Origin: an uncultured Cytophagales bacterium
GTDB lineage: Bacteria; Bacteroidota; Bacteroidia; Cytophagales; Cyclobacteriaceae
DNA: 64,000 nucleotides
Direction of reading: 5' to 3'
NCBI GenBank assembly: GCA_963729575.1
Contig: CAVSOK010000020.1
Span: 195,611-259,610, forward strand
The position numbers and the translations under genes were made by a program. This document shows positions 43,943-53,607 of this stretch, in pieces; the first letter of the stretch is position 1, and each line of letters starts with the position of its first letter. The notes beneath the pieces are model-generated. The model had not been told where the DNA came from and made no database searches. It saw only the letters and a list, made by a program, of their open reading frames with translations.

Positions 43943-46900
43943 TTAAAAACTTACCTTCAAATTAAATCCGTACGAGCGAGTTTGCGGAACTCCAAAGTAT
44001 TCCAATCCTTGAGAGTTGGTATTGTTATACATTGATTCCGGATCAACATTCTCCAGGTTGGTATACAAAAGCAACAGATTTCGTCCTACAAACGAAAGCC
44101 GTACGGATTGTAAGGAGTATTAGATAGTAAACTATTAGGTAAACTGTAGCCTACACTTAATTGCCGAAGCTTAGCAAAGGAAGCATCGTAGATAAAGCGA
44201 TCGGCAAGTCCAGAGTATGCTCCCCAGAAACCGGGAATTTCTGTCTCATCTAGTGTTTTGGTGAATGCTTCACCATCTTGGTTCACTCCGGTAACGGTGA
44301 GTGACTCTCGCCCTTCGGATACAAAGCCTAGTCCGGAAGTAGGTTCTACGGTCATTCTATGTTTACCATCGGAGCCTACAAATCGGGCATTAGTACCAGA
44401 GTATAGTTCTGCACCCGCTTTAAAGTCAATCAGAAAGTCTAGATACACGCCCTTTGTAGGAAAAAGTGTTGGTTAAACCTCCAATGTATTTATGAACCCC
44501 ATTTCCTAAGATAGAGGTTTCGGCCGATCGTATGGGCTGTCCACTATCTTCATTGAATACGGGTTGGCCGTCAATCATTAGCTGAGTAAATCCAGTAATT
44601 GTACTAAATCGTCGTCCTACTAATATTCTCGGTAAAAGCGGATCGGGTACGAGGTTCTCCGGTTTGGAAGGCGTCAATTCCTGGAGATAGCGCAACAACT
44701 TTATTGTTGTTCAGTGAGAAGTTAAACCGCACATCCCAGGAGAAATTGGTCTTCTGAATGGGTGTACCGGTTAGCAATAGCTCAATACCACTATTTTCCA
44801 TTTCACCAATGTTGATGGTTGTCGCTCAAACCCAGAAGTTCGCGAAATTTGAGCATCCAAAATATCATCGGTCGTTCTTTGCTGATAGTAGGTAAAATCA
44901 ACTCCTAAGCGATTGCTCAAAAACCGAAGATCAACACCTACTTCAAACTCAGTAGAAGTTAATGGAACTAGTAGTTGGTTGGGAATAGCACTTTGGGAAA
45001 TACTAGCAGTAGGTGTTCCTAAGTGGCCTTGCCCTAAACCGTACGTTAAATTAAGCTTATAAGGGTCGGTATCGCCTCCTACCTGCGCCCAGGAGGCTCG
45101 TATTTTACCGAACGGAAGGAAATTACCATCGGCCAATCCAAATAATTCGGTAAACACAAAGCTACCTCCAATGGATGGGTAAAGTATACTGTTCGTTTCA
45201 GGATTCAACGTAGAGAACCAGTCATTTCGCGCCGTTCCAGTTAGATAGATGATGTCTTTAAAACCAACATTAACTGAACCAAATACAGAATTAATTCCTT
45301 TCTCGTTAAAACCGTATCCGGGACTCTGATTCGCCAAGATTGGCAAAGGTGTTAAAGAATGGGATATTGAAGTTATTACCACTCAGCGATAGTCGTTCGT
45401 AAGATCGACGCATAATGTTAGCACCTACAAAGGCATCCACTGAAAATTCACCGTATCTATCGTCAAATCCAATGATGCTTTCTATATTGGTTTCTCGGAT
45501 ACGTTCTTCCTGCTCGGTCATGCTACCACGACGCTGGATAACCCGTACCAAACGGGGTTATATCAGTCTCTCTGCGGGTATACCAGTCCATACTAAATCG
45601 ACCCTGAGCATACAGAAAGTCGGTAACGTCAAAACGTACTACGTTTGAAGTAATAATTCGGTCCCGAATATCGTCGTTTTCAAACTGATGAGCTGCCCAC
45701 CAAGGGTTCTGGTTCCAAAGGTCATTGGATATCTGATATTCTTCACCAGGACCTTTACCATCGGGCAGCGTTACTCCTTCCGGCACCGCTCCCAATTTAT
45801 TAGGATCACCTCTAAGATCATCTACATCATAATTGTTGGGTAACCTTAGTAGTCCTTGAGGAGCGTTACCCGGCGAGTCAGATATCCGAGGGCGATTTTG
45901 GGCGTTCTCGTTAGAGTATAGTACCTTGGAGGTAACGGTTATTCGGTCAGCGTACTTACCATTATAAGATAATGTTACATTGTTCCGAGTAAAGCCAGAG
46001 TTAGGTATAATACTCTGATTATCCAGACGAGAGAAATTCAGGCGAACCCGCTGAGTTTCACTTCCACCGGAGAAGCCGATGGTATTGGTGAAGGTAGTTC
46101 CTGTTCGATAGAATGAATTGAAGTTATCACCTACATACGAGTAAGGACGTTCTACCCCATCAAACTGAGGAACCAGGCTGCCGTCTAAGCGACCACCCCA
46201 GTCACCAGTGCTGAAGTCAAAAGCCTCAGCGCCGGTAGTAGGTACTCGTCCTTGACTTCCCTGTCCGTACTGAGTCTGAAGATCAAATAGGTCAAACATA
46301 TCTTCAAACACGAAGTTGGAGTTGAAGTCAACACCGATACCAGGGCGATCTTTTCCGCTCTTAGTGGTAATGAGAATTACTCCATTAGAAGCACGAGATC
46401 CATAAAGCGCAGCAGCGTTAGCACCCTTCAGCACACTAATATTTTCAATGTCATCGGGGTTAATACTAGAAGTACCATCACCTTCGTCAGAACCACCCCA
46501 CAGACCTGCCTGGCCGAAGCCCGAGTTATCCATCGGCACTCCATCCACTACGTATAGCGGTTGGTTGTTGCCGCCCAGCGATACGTTACCCCGAATAATT
46601 ACTCGGCTGGAACCAGCGGGCCCGGAAGCAATATTGCTTACATTCACCCCCGCCACTTTACCAGCTAAAGAGTTTGCTAGGTTGATTTCACGAGCTTCCT
46701 GAAAGCTTTCACCCGCAACTTCTTCTACCGAGTAGCTCAGCGCTTTCTTATCACGCTCTATCCCGAGGGCAGTTACGACCACCTCGGTTAGTTGTTGTAC
46801 ATCAGGTTCTAATGCAAAATCAATAGTAGAGCGATTGTTCACTGTTACATCCTGCGTAGCATAGCCAATAGAAGAAAAGGTAAGAACCGGATTATCTCCG

Positions 46901-47091
46901 GAAGTGGTAATCGTGTAGTTACCATCAATGTCAGTTACGGTACCAATGGTGGTTCCTTTTACCAAGACGTTTACGCCCGGTAGAGAATCCTCCATCTTCA
47001 GCATCCGTAACTGTTCCGCTGACTTGCGCTGTGCCCAAACATAGGACACGCTAGCCGTCAGCATTAGCAAAACGAGTAGTCGTTTTCTCAT
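43943..47091 (-). CDS. susC: SusC/RagA TonB-dependent transporter, fragmented by several apparent frameshifts
   Basis: LPGVNVLVKGT, EVVVTALGI, PLYVVDGVP, INPDDIENISVLKGANAAALYGSRASNGVILITTK and a C-terminal RSYGFNLKVSF, spread over at least six collinear ORF pieces. Confidence 0.9.
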
Positions 47092-47368
47092 AGAAAATAG
47101 GATTTAGATTGTGCAGAAAAGAAAATATAAAGATTTAAGATATTAGTAAAGTGAGGCTTAATTTATAGGTTTTTGTTAACAATATTTATTAAAACTACAT
47201 ATTGCTTGGAAATTTACAAATATGATTTGCAATAAATTTATTTTAATTATATATTTTATTGAATAAATAATATAATGTCAGTAGATAATAGAGATGTTTC
47301 TATGCTTGAAAGTATTACTTTATTAATATTCAGGGAGTTCGTTACTCAATACACCGAAAAATTTCTCG

Positions 47369-47893
47369 CTATTTGAGAGCTTGCAGCTTAGCGTACACAG
47401 GGCAAGAAGGTTCGTGAGCACCCGGTAGGTATCCAGTACTCATCAAAAATTCATTTACAATCTCGCCACCCACAAATTTAAAGTGTTTTTTAAAGACTTT
47501 TACCCATTCCGGTTTTGATAGTGGATGGTGATGGTCTAGCCAATTCTTGAATGAACCGTAATTGTCTTGAATTGATAAAATTTGCTGGGCATTGTAGATG
47601 GCTGCGTTTACTTTAAGTCGGTTACGAATAATTCCGGCATCATTTAGCAAGCGATTCCGATCACCTTCACCATAGTTGGCTATCTGATCAATGTTGAAAT
47701 TAGAATAGGCCGAACGAAAATTATCTTTCTTCTTCAGAATAGTCGTCCAAGATAATCCTGCCTGATTAATCTCTAAAATCAGACGCCCGAAAAGCTCATC
47801 ATCGTCGTGTAAAGGAAAGCCGTATTCATGATTGTGATAATGAACATTGGGGTTATTGGAATCCATTTGGCGTACGGCTTGGCAGTAAGTCAT
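47369..47893 (-). CDS. tag: DNA-3-methyladenine glycosylase I
   Basis: Motifs YHNHEYG, LEINQAGLSWTTILKK, GIIRNRLKV, FKFVG and HEPSC. Confidence 0.93.
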   Translation of the reverse strand: MTYCQAVRQMDSNNPNVHYHNHEYGFPLHDDDELFGRLILEINQAGLSWTTILKKKDNFRSAYSNFNIDQIANYGEGDRNRLLNDAGIIRNRLKVNAAIYNAQQILSIQDNYGSFKNWLDHHHPLSKPEWVKVFKKHFKFVGGEIVNEFLMSTGYLPGAHEPSCPVYAKLQALK

Positions 47894-47894
47894 G

Positions 47895-47980
47895 GTTCAG
47901 GTGTTCAGGTGTTCAGGTGTTCAGGTGTTCAGGTGTTCAGGTGTTCAAAGTTACACGAACACTATAACACCTTAACACTT
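47895..47980. repeat. Perfect 8-nt tandem repeat (GTTCAGGT, about 6.6 copies) followed by a complementary degenerate arm
   Basis: The tandem spans 47895-47947. It is followed by GAACACTA TAACACCT TAACACTT, which overlaps the EamA gene stop. Confidence 0.9.
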
Positions 47981-48831
47981 TTGGGTTTTTTAGAAAGGTT
48001 TTGTTTGTACCACACGTTGGCCACTACGCCTAAAATGGCGAGGCCCATTCCGGCATAGGCTAATATGCTATAAGTTTCATCGAAGAAAATGTAGCCGAAG
48101 ATAAGCGCATAGACAATACTTAGATAGCGAATGATACTGACTTTAGAAAGCTCTTCTAACTGAATTGACTTGGTCATAAAAAACTGAGCAAATTGGGTGA
48201 GCAAGCCAATGGCAATCAGAATAGCCCAGTCCCAGCCTTGGGGCGGTACCCAGTGGAAAAAGGAATATGCTCCACTGAGTGGAGTGGTTATTAGTGGAAA
48301 ATAAAAAATAATCACGAGTGGGTGTTCTTGTGTATTGATTTTACGGATAAAGCTCTGCGCTAAACCGGAAAAGAAGGTAGCGATAATTCCGATTGTTAGG
48401 TAAAACCACTGCACCCGAGGGTTGAAGCCCTGCACCATAACTACCCCAACAAAGGCTAGTAGAAAGAACAGCCATTGAACAGGCTTAACTTGTTCTTTTA
48501 CAATAAATATTCCCAGAATAGTGGTGAAAATTGGAGCAAGGAAACCGATGGTAACGGCACTAGCCAACGGAATTTTCTGCAATGTTTCGTAAAATAGAAT
48601 CAAAGCTACCGCTCCGCACAGACCGCGTAAAATTAGGTGCTTTCGGTGAACACCCCACACCGATACGCCCTGCCGCTTTAGCAGCCAGAAACTAAGCAGA
48701 AAGGAAATAGCCGACCGAAAGAATACCACTTGGGTAGAAGGAATATGCGCGACCAGTTTCACCATCAACCCCATACAGGAGAAGAAGAAAACCGAAACCA
48801 CCATGTACCACACCCCTCGAGAAAAAGTCAA
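47962..48831 (-). CDS. DMT/EamA family transporter
   Basis: About ten TM segments with duplicated EamA halves (VVFFRS, LILRG, APIFTTILG…KE). Confidence 0.9.
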   Translation of the reverse strand: MTFSRGVWYMVVSVFFFSCMGLMVKLVAHIPSTQVVFFRSAISFLLSFWLLKRQGVSVWGVHRKHLILRGLCGAVALILFYETLQKIPLASAVTIGFLAPIFTTILGIFIVKEQVKPVQWLFFLLAFVGVVMVQGFNPRVQWFYLTIGIIATFFSGLAQSFIRKINTQEHPLVIIFYFPLITTPLSGAYSFFHWVPPQGWDWAILIAIGLLTQFAQFFMTKSIQLEELSKVSIIRYLSIVYALIFGYIFFDETYSILAYAGMGLAILGVVANVWYKQNLSKKPKSVKVL

Positions 48832-48844
48832 ACCGCTTGTTTTA

Positions 48845-49651
48845 TCAATAATCTTTACCGCTGTACCAATGCTTCTTTACTACCTCCATCAGATCGGAGC
48901 GAATAGCACAACCAGCTACCAGCTCGCCCCCAAAAATGTAGTTATCGGTTCCGGTGAATGTGGTGACTGACCCACCAGCTTGTTGTACAATAAGAGCTCC
49001 GGCCGCTACATCCCAGGGTTTAAGATTATACTCAAAAAAACCTTCAAACCGTCCGCAAGCTACGTAAGCTAAATCTAACGCAGCACTGCCCATCCGGCGT
49101 AGGCCGTGGGTTTGCTGCATTAAGTCCTGTACTACATCAATGTAGGCCGGCATCTCCCGAAATTTAGAATAGGGAAAACCGGTTGCCAATAACGATTCTT
49201 CCAGCGTAGCTACCGAAGAAACTCGTATTTCCTGCTGGTTGAGGTACGCTGACCCGTTTTTGGTAGCGTAAAACATTTCGTCACGATTAGGTTCGTAAAT
49301 GGCTCCTAAAATCATTTCGTCCTCTTCCATTAACCCTACACTGATGGAGTAAAACGGAAGGTTATGCACGTAATTAGTAGTACCGTCCACTGGATCAATA
49401 ATCCAATTGTAGCGATCGGCCCTTCCCACATTAGCTGTTCCTTCTTCGGTAATGAATCCGGCTTCAGGTAGAATTTCAGATAAGCTTTTAACCAGTTGCT
49501 TCTCTGCTTCTTTATCTACGTACGATACTAAGTCGTTTTTACCTTTGTACTCAATATCTCCGGAAGAAAATTTTCGATTTTCCTCCAGAATAAAATGACC
49601 GGTTTTCCGAACAGCGTTCAGGGTTTGTTCTAGCAAGTGATTGAGATACAT
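48845..49651 (-). CDS. suhB: Inositol monophosphatase family protein
   Basis: Motifs WIIDPVDGTTNY, RRMGSAALDLAYVACG and WDVAAG. Confidence 0.9.
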   Translation of the reverse strand: MYLNHLLEQTLNAVRKTGHFILEENRKFSSGDIEYKGKNDLVSYVDKEAEKQLVKSLSEILPEAGFITEEGTANVGRADRYNWIIDPVDGTTNYVHNLPFYSISVGLMEEDEMILGAIYEPNRDEMFYATKNGSAYLNQQEIRVSSVATLEESLLATGFPYSKFREMPAYIDVVQDLMQQTHGLRRMGSAALDLAYVACGRFEGFFEYNLKPWDVAAGALIVQQAGGSVTTFTGTDNYIFGGELVAGCAIRSDLMEVVKKHWYSGKDY

Positions 49652-51330
49652 TAGTACTTGTGGGTTTTTCGTTTTACAAAAGCGGCCAGCAATACCAAGG
49701 GTGACATCCAGGCAGCCGTTCGGGCTAGATAATCGCCGTGGCGAGCGTAAAAAGTAATTTCTTCGTTAGCATAAATTGTTTCCCGAATTACGGCGGGCTC
49801 CCAGTATTTGGTAGGCTGTAAAATATCACCACGCTGCGTAATAAACGCCGAAATACCTGTATTGGCCGAACGGGCTACGCTGCGGCGCGATTCAATAGCT
49901 CGTAACGAAGCATATTGCAAATGTTGCTTAAAACCAGGAGTATTGCCCCACCAAGCATCATTTGTAATAATAAAAATTACTTCAGCTCCATTGCGAACAA
50001 ACTCAGTCATAAAATCGCCATAGATAGATTCGTAGCAAATTGCGGGCGCAACTCCTACTGAGTCAGCATCATACAAAACTGTCCGTTCAGCTTGTCGGCC
50101 AAAGCCTCCGGCGGTACCCCCCAAATCAAAAATTGTCTCCGAAATTACTCGGAACACTTGCGGGTAGGGTAGGATTTCAACTCCGGGCACCAACTTCAAT
50201 TTGTGATAGTACACTTCGGTATCGTTTTCATCAACGAACAGGGCAGTATTAAATACGTCATAGTAACCTAATTTTTCCCCGTAGCGAGCCGTCGCTGGGG
50301 CTATGGTATCTTTGCCGTAAATAACATAAGATGTCATACCGGTGATTAATGCTAAATCGGGATAACGCTCGTTAAATGCCAAAATCTTCTCAAAAATCTC
50401 AGTAGAAATAAAATCAGGTTCGTAGTAAGCCCCATCGAAAGCTGACTCCGGCCAGAGCAGAAACTGAGTCTCTGGGGTAAGTGCTTCTTCCGACTGAGCA
50501 ATAAACCGAGCAACTTGTTCTTCGTAGGGAATAAAGTTTTCGCTGCCGACAAATTTTTCGGTGTAAGGGTCAATATTAGGCTGTAAAGCCACTACTTCTA
50601 TCGGCTTCCCAGTTTCCTCATAACTAAAGTAGGTGATGTAAGAATAGATGATAGGCAGCGAAAGCCAAATAACAGTGAAGAGTAAAGACCGCCACTGAGG
50701 CTTAGTCAATAGACTTCCGGTAGGTGTAAAGAATACTTGATACACCGCAATATTTCCCAGCCAAACCCACAACGTACCGCCAAAAACGCCAGTATATTCG
50801 TACCACTGCACCCAAGCGGGTTGAGCCGCAAAGCCATTGCCCAATGTGAGCCAGGGCCAAGACAAGTCCCAATTTAGGTGAATGTACTCGAACGTCATCC
50901 AGTACAGCACCAGTGAAAACAATCCCCAGGCCGTTCCGGTAGCTCGTTTGGTAAATCGGTACAGTAGCCAGGGTAGCGTCATTAGTAGCGAGTTCGCCAA
51001 CAGCATGAAAATAGCTCCTGCTAACGTGGCATTGTAAACCCACCAAGTGGTTAGAATATTCCACAGAAACAGGGTGAGATAAGCGTAGCCGAAAAATACT
51101 CGCCCCGGACGACGGTAGTTTTTATTGGTACAGTAGTTCTCAATGGCTAAAAGTGGAACGATAGCGAAGAATAGAAAGAACGGAAAAGCGAACGGAGGCC
51201 AGCCTAGCCAAAATAGCAAACCACTGGCGAGCGAAAGCAGAAGTAAATAGTAGGGTTTAGGTGGCAAGGGCGAATTAAGGTTTACCGTCAACAACAATAA
51301 CAATTTCTCCTTTAACGGTAGAAGTTGCAA
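49651..51330 (-). CDS. lnt: Apolipoprotein N-acyltransferase (start uncertain, probably about 51290)
   Basis: N-terminal TM segments, WPWLTLG, QPNI, WPESA, KxKLVPGVE, ICYES, TNDAWW and RSANTGIS. Confidence 0.93.
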   Translation of the reverse strand: MQLLPLKEKLLLLLTVNLNSPLPPKPYYLLLLSLASGLLFWLGWPPFAFPFFLFFAIVPLLAIENYCTNKNYRRPGRVFFGYAYLTLFLWNILTTWWVYNATLAGAIFMLLANSLLMTLPWLLYRFTKRATGTAWGLFSLVLYWMTFEYIHLNWDLSWPWLTLGNGFAAQPAWVQWYEYTGVFGGTLWVWLGNIAVYQVFFTPTGSLLTKPQWRSLLFTVIWLSLPIIYSYITYFSYEETGKPIEVVALQPNIDPYTEKFVGSENFIPYEEQVARFIAQSEEALTPETQFLLWPESAFDGAYYEPDFISTEIFEKILAFNERYPDLALITGMTSYVIYGKDTIAPATARYGEKLGYYDVFNTALFVDENDTEVYYHKLKLVPGVEILPYPQVFRVISETIFDLGGTAGGFGRQAERTVLYDADSVGVAPAICYESIYGDFMTEFVRNGAEVIFIITNDAWWGNTPGFKQHLQYASLRAIESRRSVARSANTGISAFITQRGDILQPTKYWEPAVIRETIYANEEITFYARHGDYLARTAAWMSPLVLLAAFVKRKTHKY

Positions 51331-51952
51331 AGTAGTTAGCCAGTTCGAATAAAGTTCCTCGTTGGGTTTCTTCGTGTAGTTTGGTTAGTTCGCGAGAAAC
51401 TGCTGCTAACCGCTCGGTGCCTAAGTACTCGCCTAATTGTTGTAAGGATTTTACCAATCGATGAGGAGATTCGTAGAGCACAATAGTTCTTGTTTCTTCT
51501 GCTAATTGTTTCAGTTGAGTTTGTCGCCCTTTCTTATGCGGCAAAAATCCTTCAAACACAAAACGGTCGGTAGGTAAGCCTGAATTAACTAGAGCAGGAA
51601 TTAGTGCCGTTGGGCCGGGTAGACATTCTACCTCAATTTCCTGTTTCAAACATTCTCGTACCAGCAAAAAACCCGGATCAGAAATTGCCGGGGTTCCAGC
51701 GTCACTAATAAGGGCCATGCGTTCGTTCGCTAATCGCTTTACCAAACCTTCTACTGCTCGATGTTCATTGAATGCATGATAGCTGTGCATTGTGGTACGA
51801 ATATCAAAATGCTTCAGCAATCTACCCGATGTACGCGTGTCTTCCGCTAAAATTACATCCACTTCCTTCAGAATGCGTAACGCCCGCAACGTAATATCTT
51901 CCAAGTTTCCAATAGGAGTAGGGACCAAAAACAAAGCGGCAGTTTCTTGCAC
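51275..51952 (-). CDS. rsmI: 16S rRNA (cytidine1402-2'-O)-methyltransferase
   Basis: Motifs VPTPIGNLEDITLRA, AEDTR, SDAGTPAISDPG, YESPHR and RELTKLHEE. Confidence 0.96.
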   Translation of the reverse strand: MQETAALFLVPTPIGNLEDITLRALRILKEVDVILAEDTRTSGRLLKHFDIRTTMHSYHAFNEHRAVEGLVKRLANERMALISDAGTPAISDPGFLLVRECLKQEIEVECLPGPTALIPALVNSGLPTDRFVFEGFLPHKKGRQTQLKQLAEETRTIVLYESPHRLVKSLQQLGEYLGTERLAAVSRELTKLHEETQRGTLFELANYFATSTVKGEIVIVVDGKP

Positions 51953-51958
51953 AGGTGC

Positions 51959-52192
51959 TTACTTAGCTAGCTTATCAATCTCTTCGGCTAATTTGTGATC
52001 TTTATCGGTCACCACATCGCCGGCATCATGGGTGTTTAGCTCAAAGCTAACCTTATTGTAAACATTCGTCATAAACGGGTGATGGTTCATTTTTTCGGCC
52101 ACAATAGCCACCCGGCTCATAAAGCCAAAGGCTTCCACAAAATCTTTAAACTCAAAGGATTTCTTTAGTTTGTTGTCTTCTTCTTGCCACAT
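51959..52192 (-). CDS. Pterin-4a-carbinolamine dehydratase
   Basis: Motifs [19 protein letters not shown] and LNTHDAG. Confidence 0.92.
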   Translation of the reverse strand: MWQEEDNKLKKSFEFKDFVEAFGFMSRVAIVAEKMNHHPFMTNVYNKVSFELNTHDAGDVVTDKDHKLAEEIDKLAK

Positions 52193-52309
52193 AGTAATCA
52201 GTTAAAAATTGATAGCGCTCGGCGTCCGATGGATAATTGATAATTAGCAAAGTATAACTTTACATTTTTTATATCAACCTTTGTTATCCCCCAAAGGTTG
52301 CCAGCGAAT

Positions 52310-53194
52310 TTATTCTCGAAGCTGGAAGGTAGCCATCACCGGCAGATGATCGCTAAGCGACCAGTTACGTTGATCTGGACTGGGGACAAATAGACCCTCG
52401 TTTAGCGTGGTTGACGAGGTTTTCAATAGGCTTGCTAAATTCTTGCTCAATAGTAAATAGTCAATTCGGCGGTAAGGCACTAATGTATTTTCGCCCAGTT
52501 CGTCCATCTTGGTAAAGCCACTCCCGTGCTTGAGTGAATCGTAAGAATCTACTAAACCTAACTCCATCCAGCGATTATACTCCCCATCAAACGGGCGATG
52601 ATTAAGGTCGCCCGCGACAATAACCAACGATTGCTGAGCCATATCTTGCTTTAAATAAGGCGATAAGGTGTTAATCTGCTTACGACGAGTTTCGGAGCGT
52701 TTACGAGGCGCTAGCTTAAAGCCGTAAACAATAAAGCTTTGATTCTGAAAACTAAGCGTAATTCGTCCCCAATGGTTAAATAAGTTATCTGTATCCAGAC
52801 CCTTTCCTTCAATGCAGTAATCAACGCTATCAACTGAGACCTGATCATCTACTATGAGCAAGCCTACTCGATTTGTTTCTTGATAGTCAGAGCATTTCAT
52901 TGGATAGAATCGATACGAACTGCCCATCGCTTGCACCAAAGTATCGTACAAGTTGGGCTGGCCGCCTGGCTCCTGAATGACCAGTACGTTAGGTTGATAC
53001 TTACTAATTTCTCGCCCAATCGTGCGGAACCGCTGAGCTACAGTTTTACCGTCGGGCTGACCGTAGACTCGTCCACTTCTTAAATTATAGGTAATAACTC
53101 GCAACTCAGCAGTAGGCTGGCTGCTAAGTAATTCAGGGATCAGCAATACAATAAAAATTGCCAATAATTTCCAGCTATTAAGCGTACTGTTCAC
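52310..53194 (-). CDS. Secreted EEP family hydrolase
   Basis: Signal peptide and motifs TYN, IQE, AGDLN, RIDY and SDHLPV. Confidence 0.85.
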   Translation of the reverse strand: MNSTLNSWKLLAIFIVLLIPELLSSQPTAELRVITYNLRSGRVYGQPDGKTVAQRFRTIGREISKYQPNVLVIQEPGGQPNLYDTLVQAMGSSYRFYPMKCSDYQETNRVGLLIVDDQVSVDSVDYCIEGKGLDTDNLFNHWGRITLSFQNQSFIVYGFKLAPRKRSETRRKQINTLSPYLKQDMAQQSLVIVAGDLNHRPFDGEYNRWMELGLVDSYDSLKHGSGFTKMDELGENTLVPYRRIDYLLLSKNLASLLKTSSTTLNEGLFVPSPDQRNWSLSDHLPVMATFQLRE

Positions 53195-53196
53195 AC

Positions 53197-53463
53197 TTAC
53201 AAAGCTAATACACCTTCAATCTGATGGGCTTCTTTGTATTTTTCTATTACATCTTCGCTCGAGCGCATCATAATTTTGGCTGTCACACTTGTGTAACTTC
53301 CTTTGCTCGATTGCTTGGTTGTTAAATTATTTTTGGGAAACAGCGCGAATACTTCGCTCTCTTTTCCGGTGGGTACAATGAACTTGAACATATATAACGA
53401 AGGCCAGTCATGTTGCTGATCGAGCTTCGATTTGAATGATTCTATATCTAGTTTAGGTAACAT
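53197..53463 (-). CDS. DUF493 family protein
   Basis: Motifs WPSLYMFKFIVP and SSKGSYTSVT, with a terminal IEGVLAL. Confidence 0.85.
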   Translation of the reverse strand: MLPKLDIESFKSKLDQQHDWPSLYMFKFIVPTGKESEVFALFPKNNLTTKQSSKGSYTSVTAKIMMRSSEDVIEKYKEAHQIEGVLAL

Positions 53464-53607
53464 AGCTTATAAATTCAGGTGCGAAAAAATTATAAAAATA
53501 AGCAGTCGGGTAGACGTCCCGTAATGCTTCGGTGTAAGAAACGCCTTATGCCGTAAAGAGGTTTCCGGAAGGAGTTCAGAAAAAAGAACAGTACTGAATA
53601 ATGATGA

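Noticed and set aside
47895-47947. Tandem repeat as a CRISPR array
   Set aside because: The unit is 8 nt with no spacers, and no cas genes are present.
49651-51330. lnt in a Bacteroidota genome
   Set aside because: Bacteroides lack Lnt, but other Bacteroidota orders carry it. The gene context is ordinary housekeeping.
52275-52300. Hairpin CAACCTTTG/CAAAGGTTG
   Set aside because: It has no U-tract in the transcribed direction and no second copy was seen. It may be a weak terminator but is not supportable.
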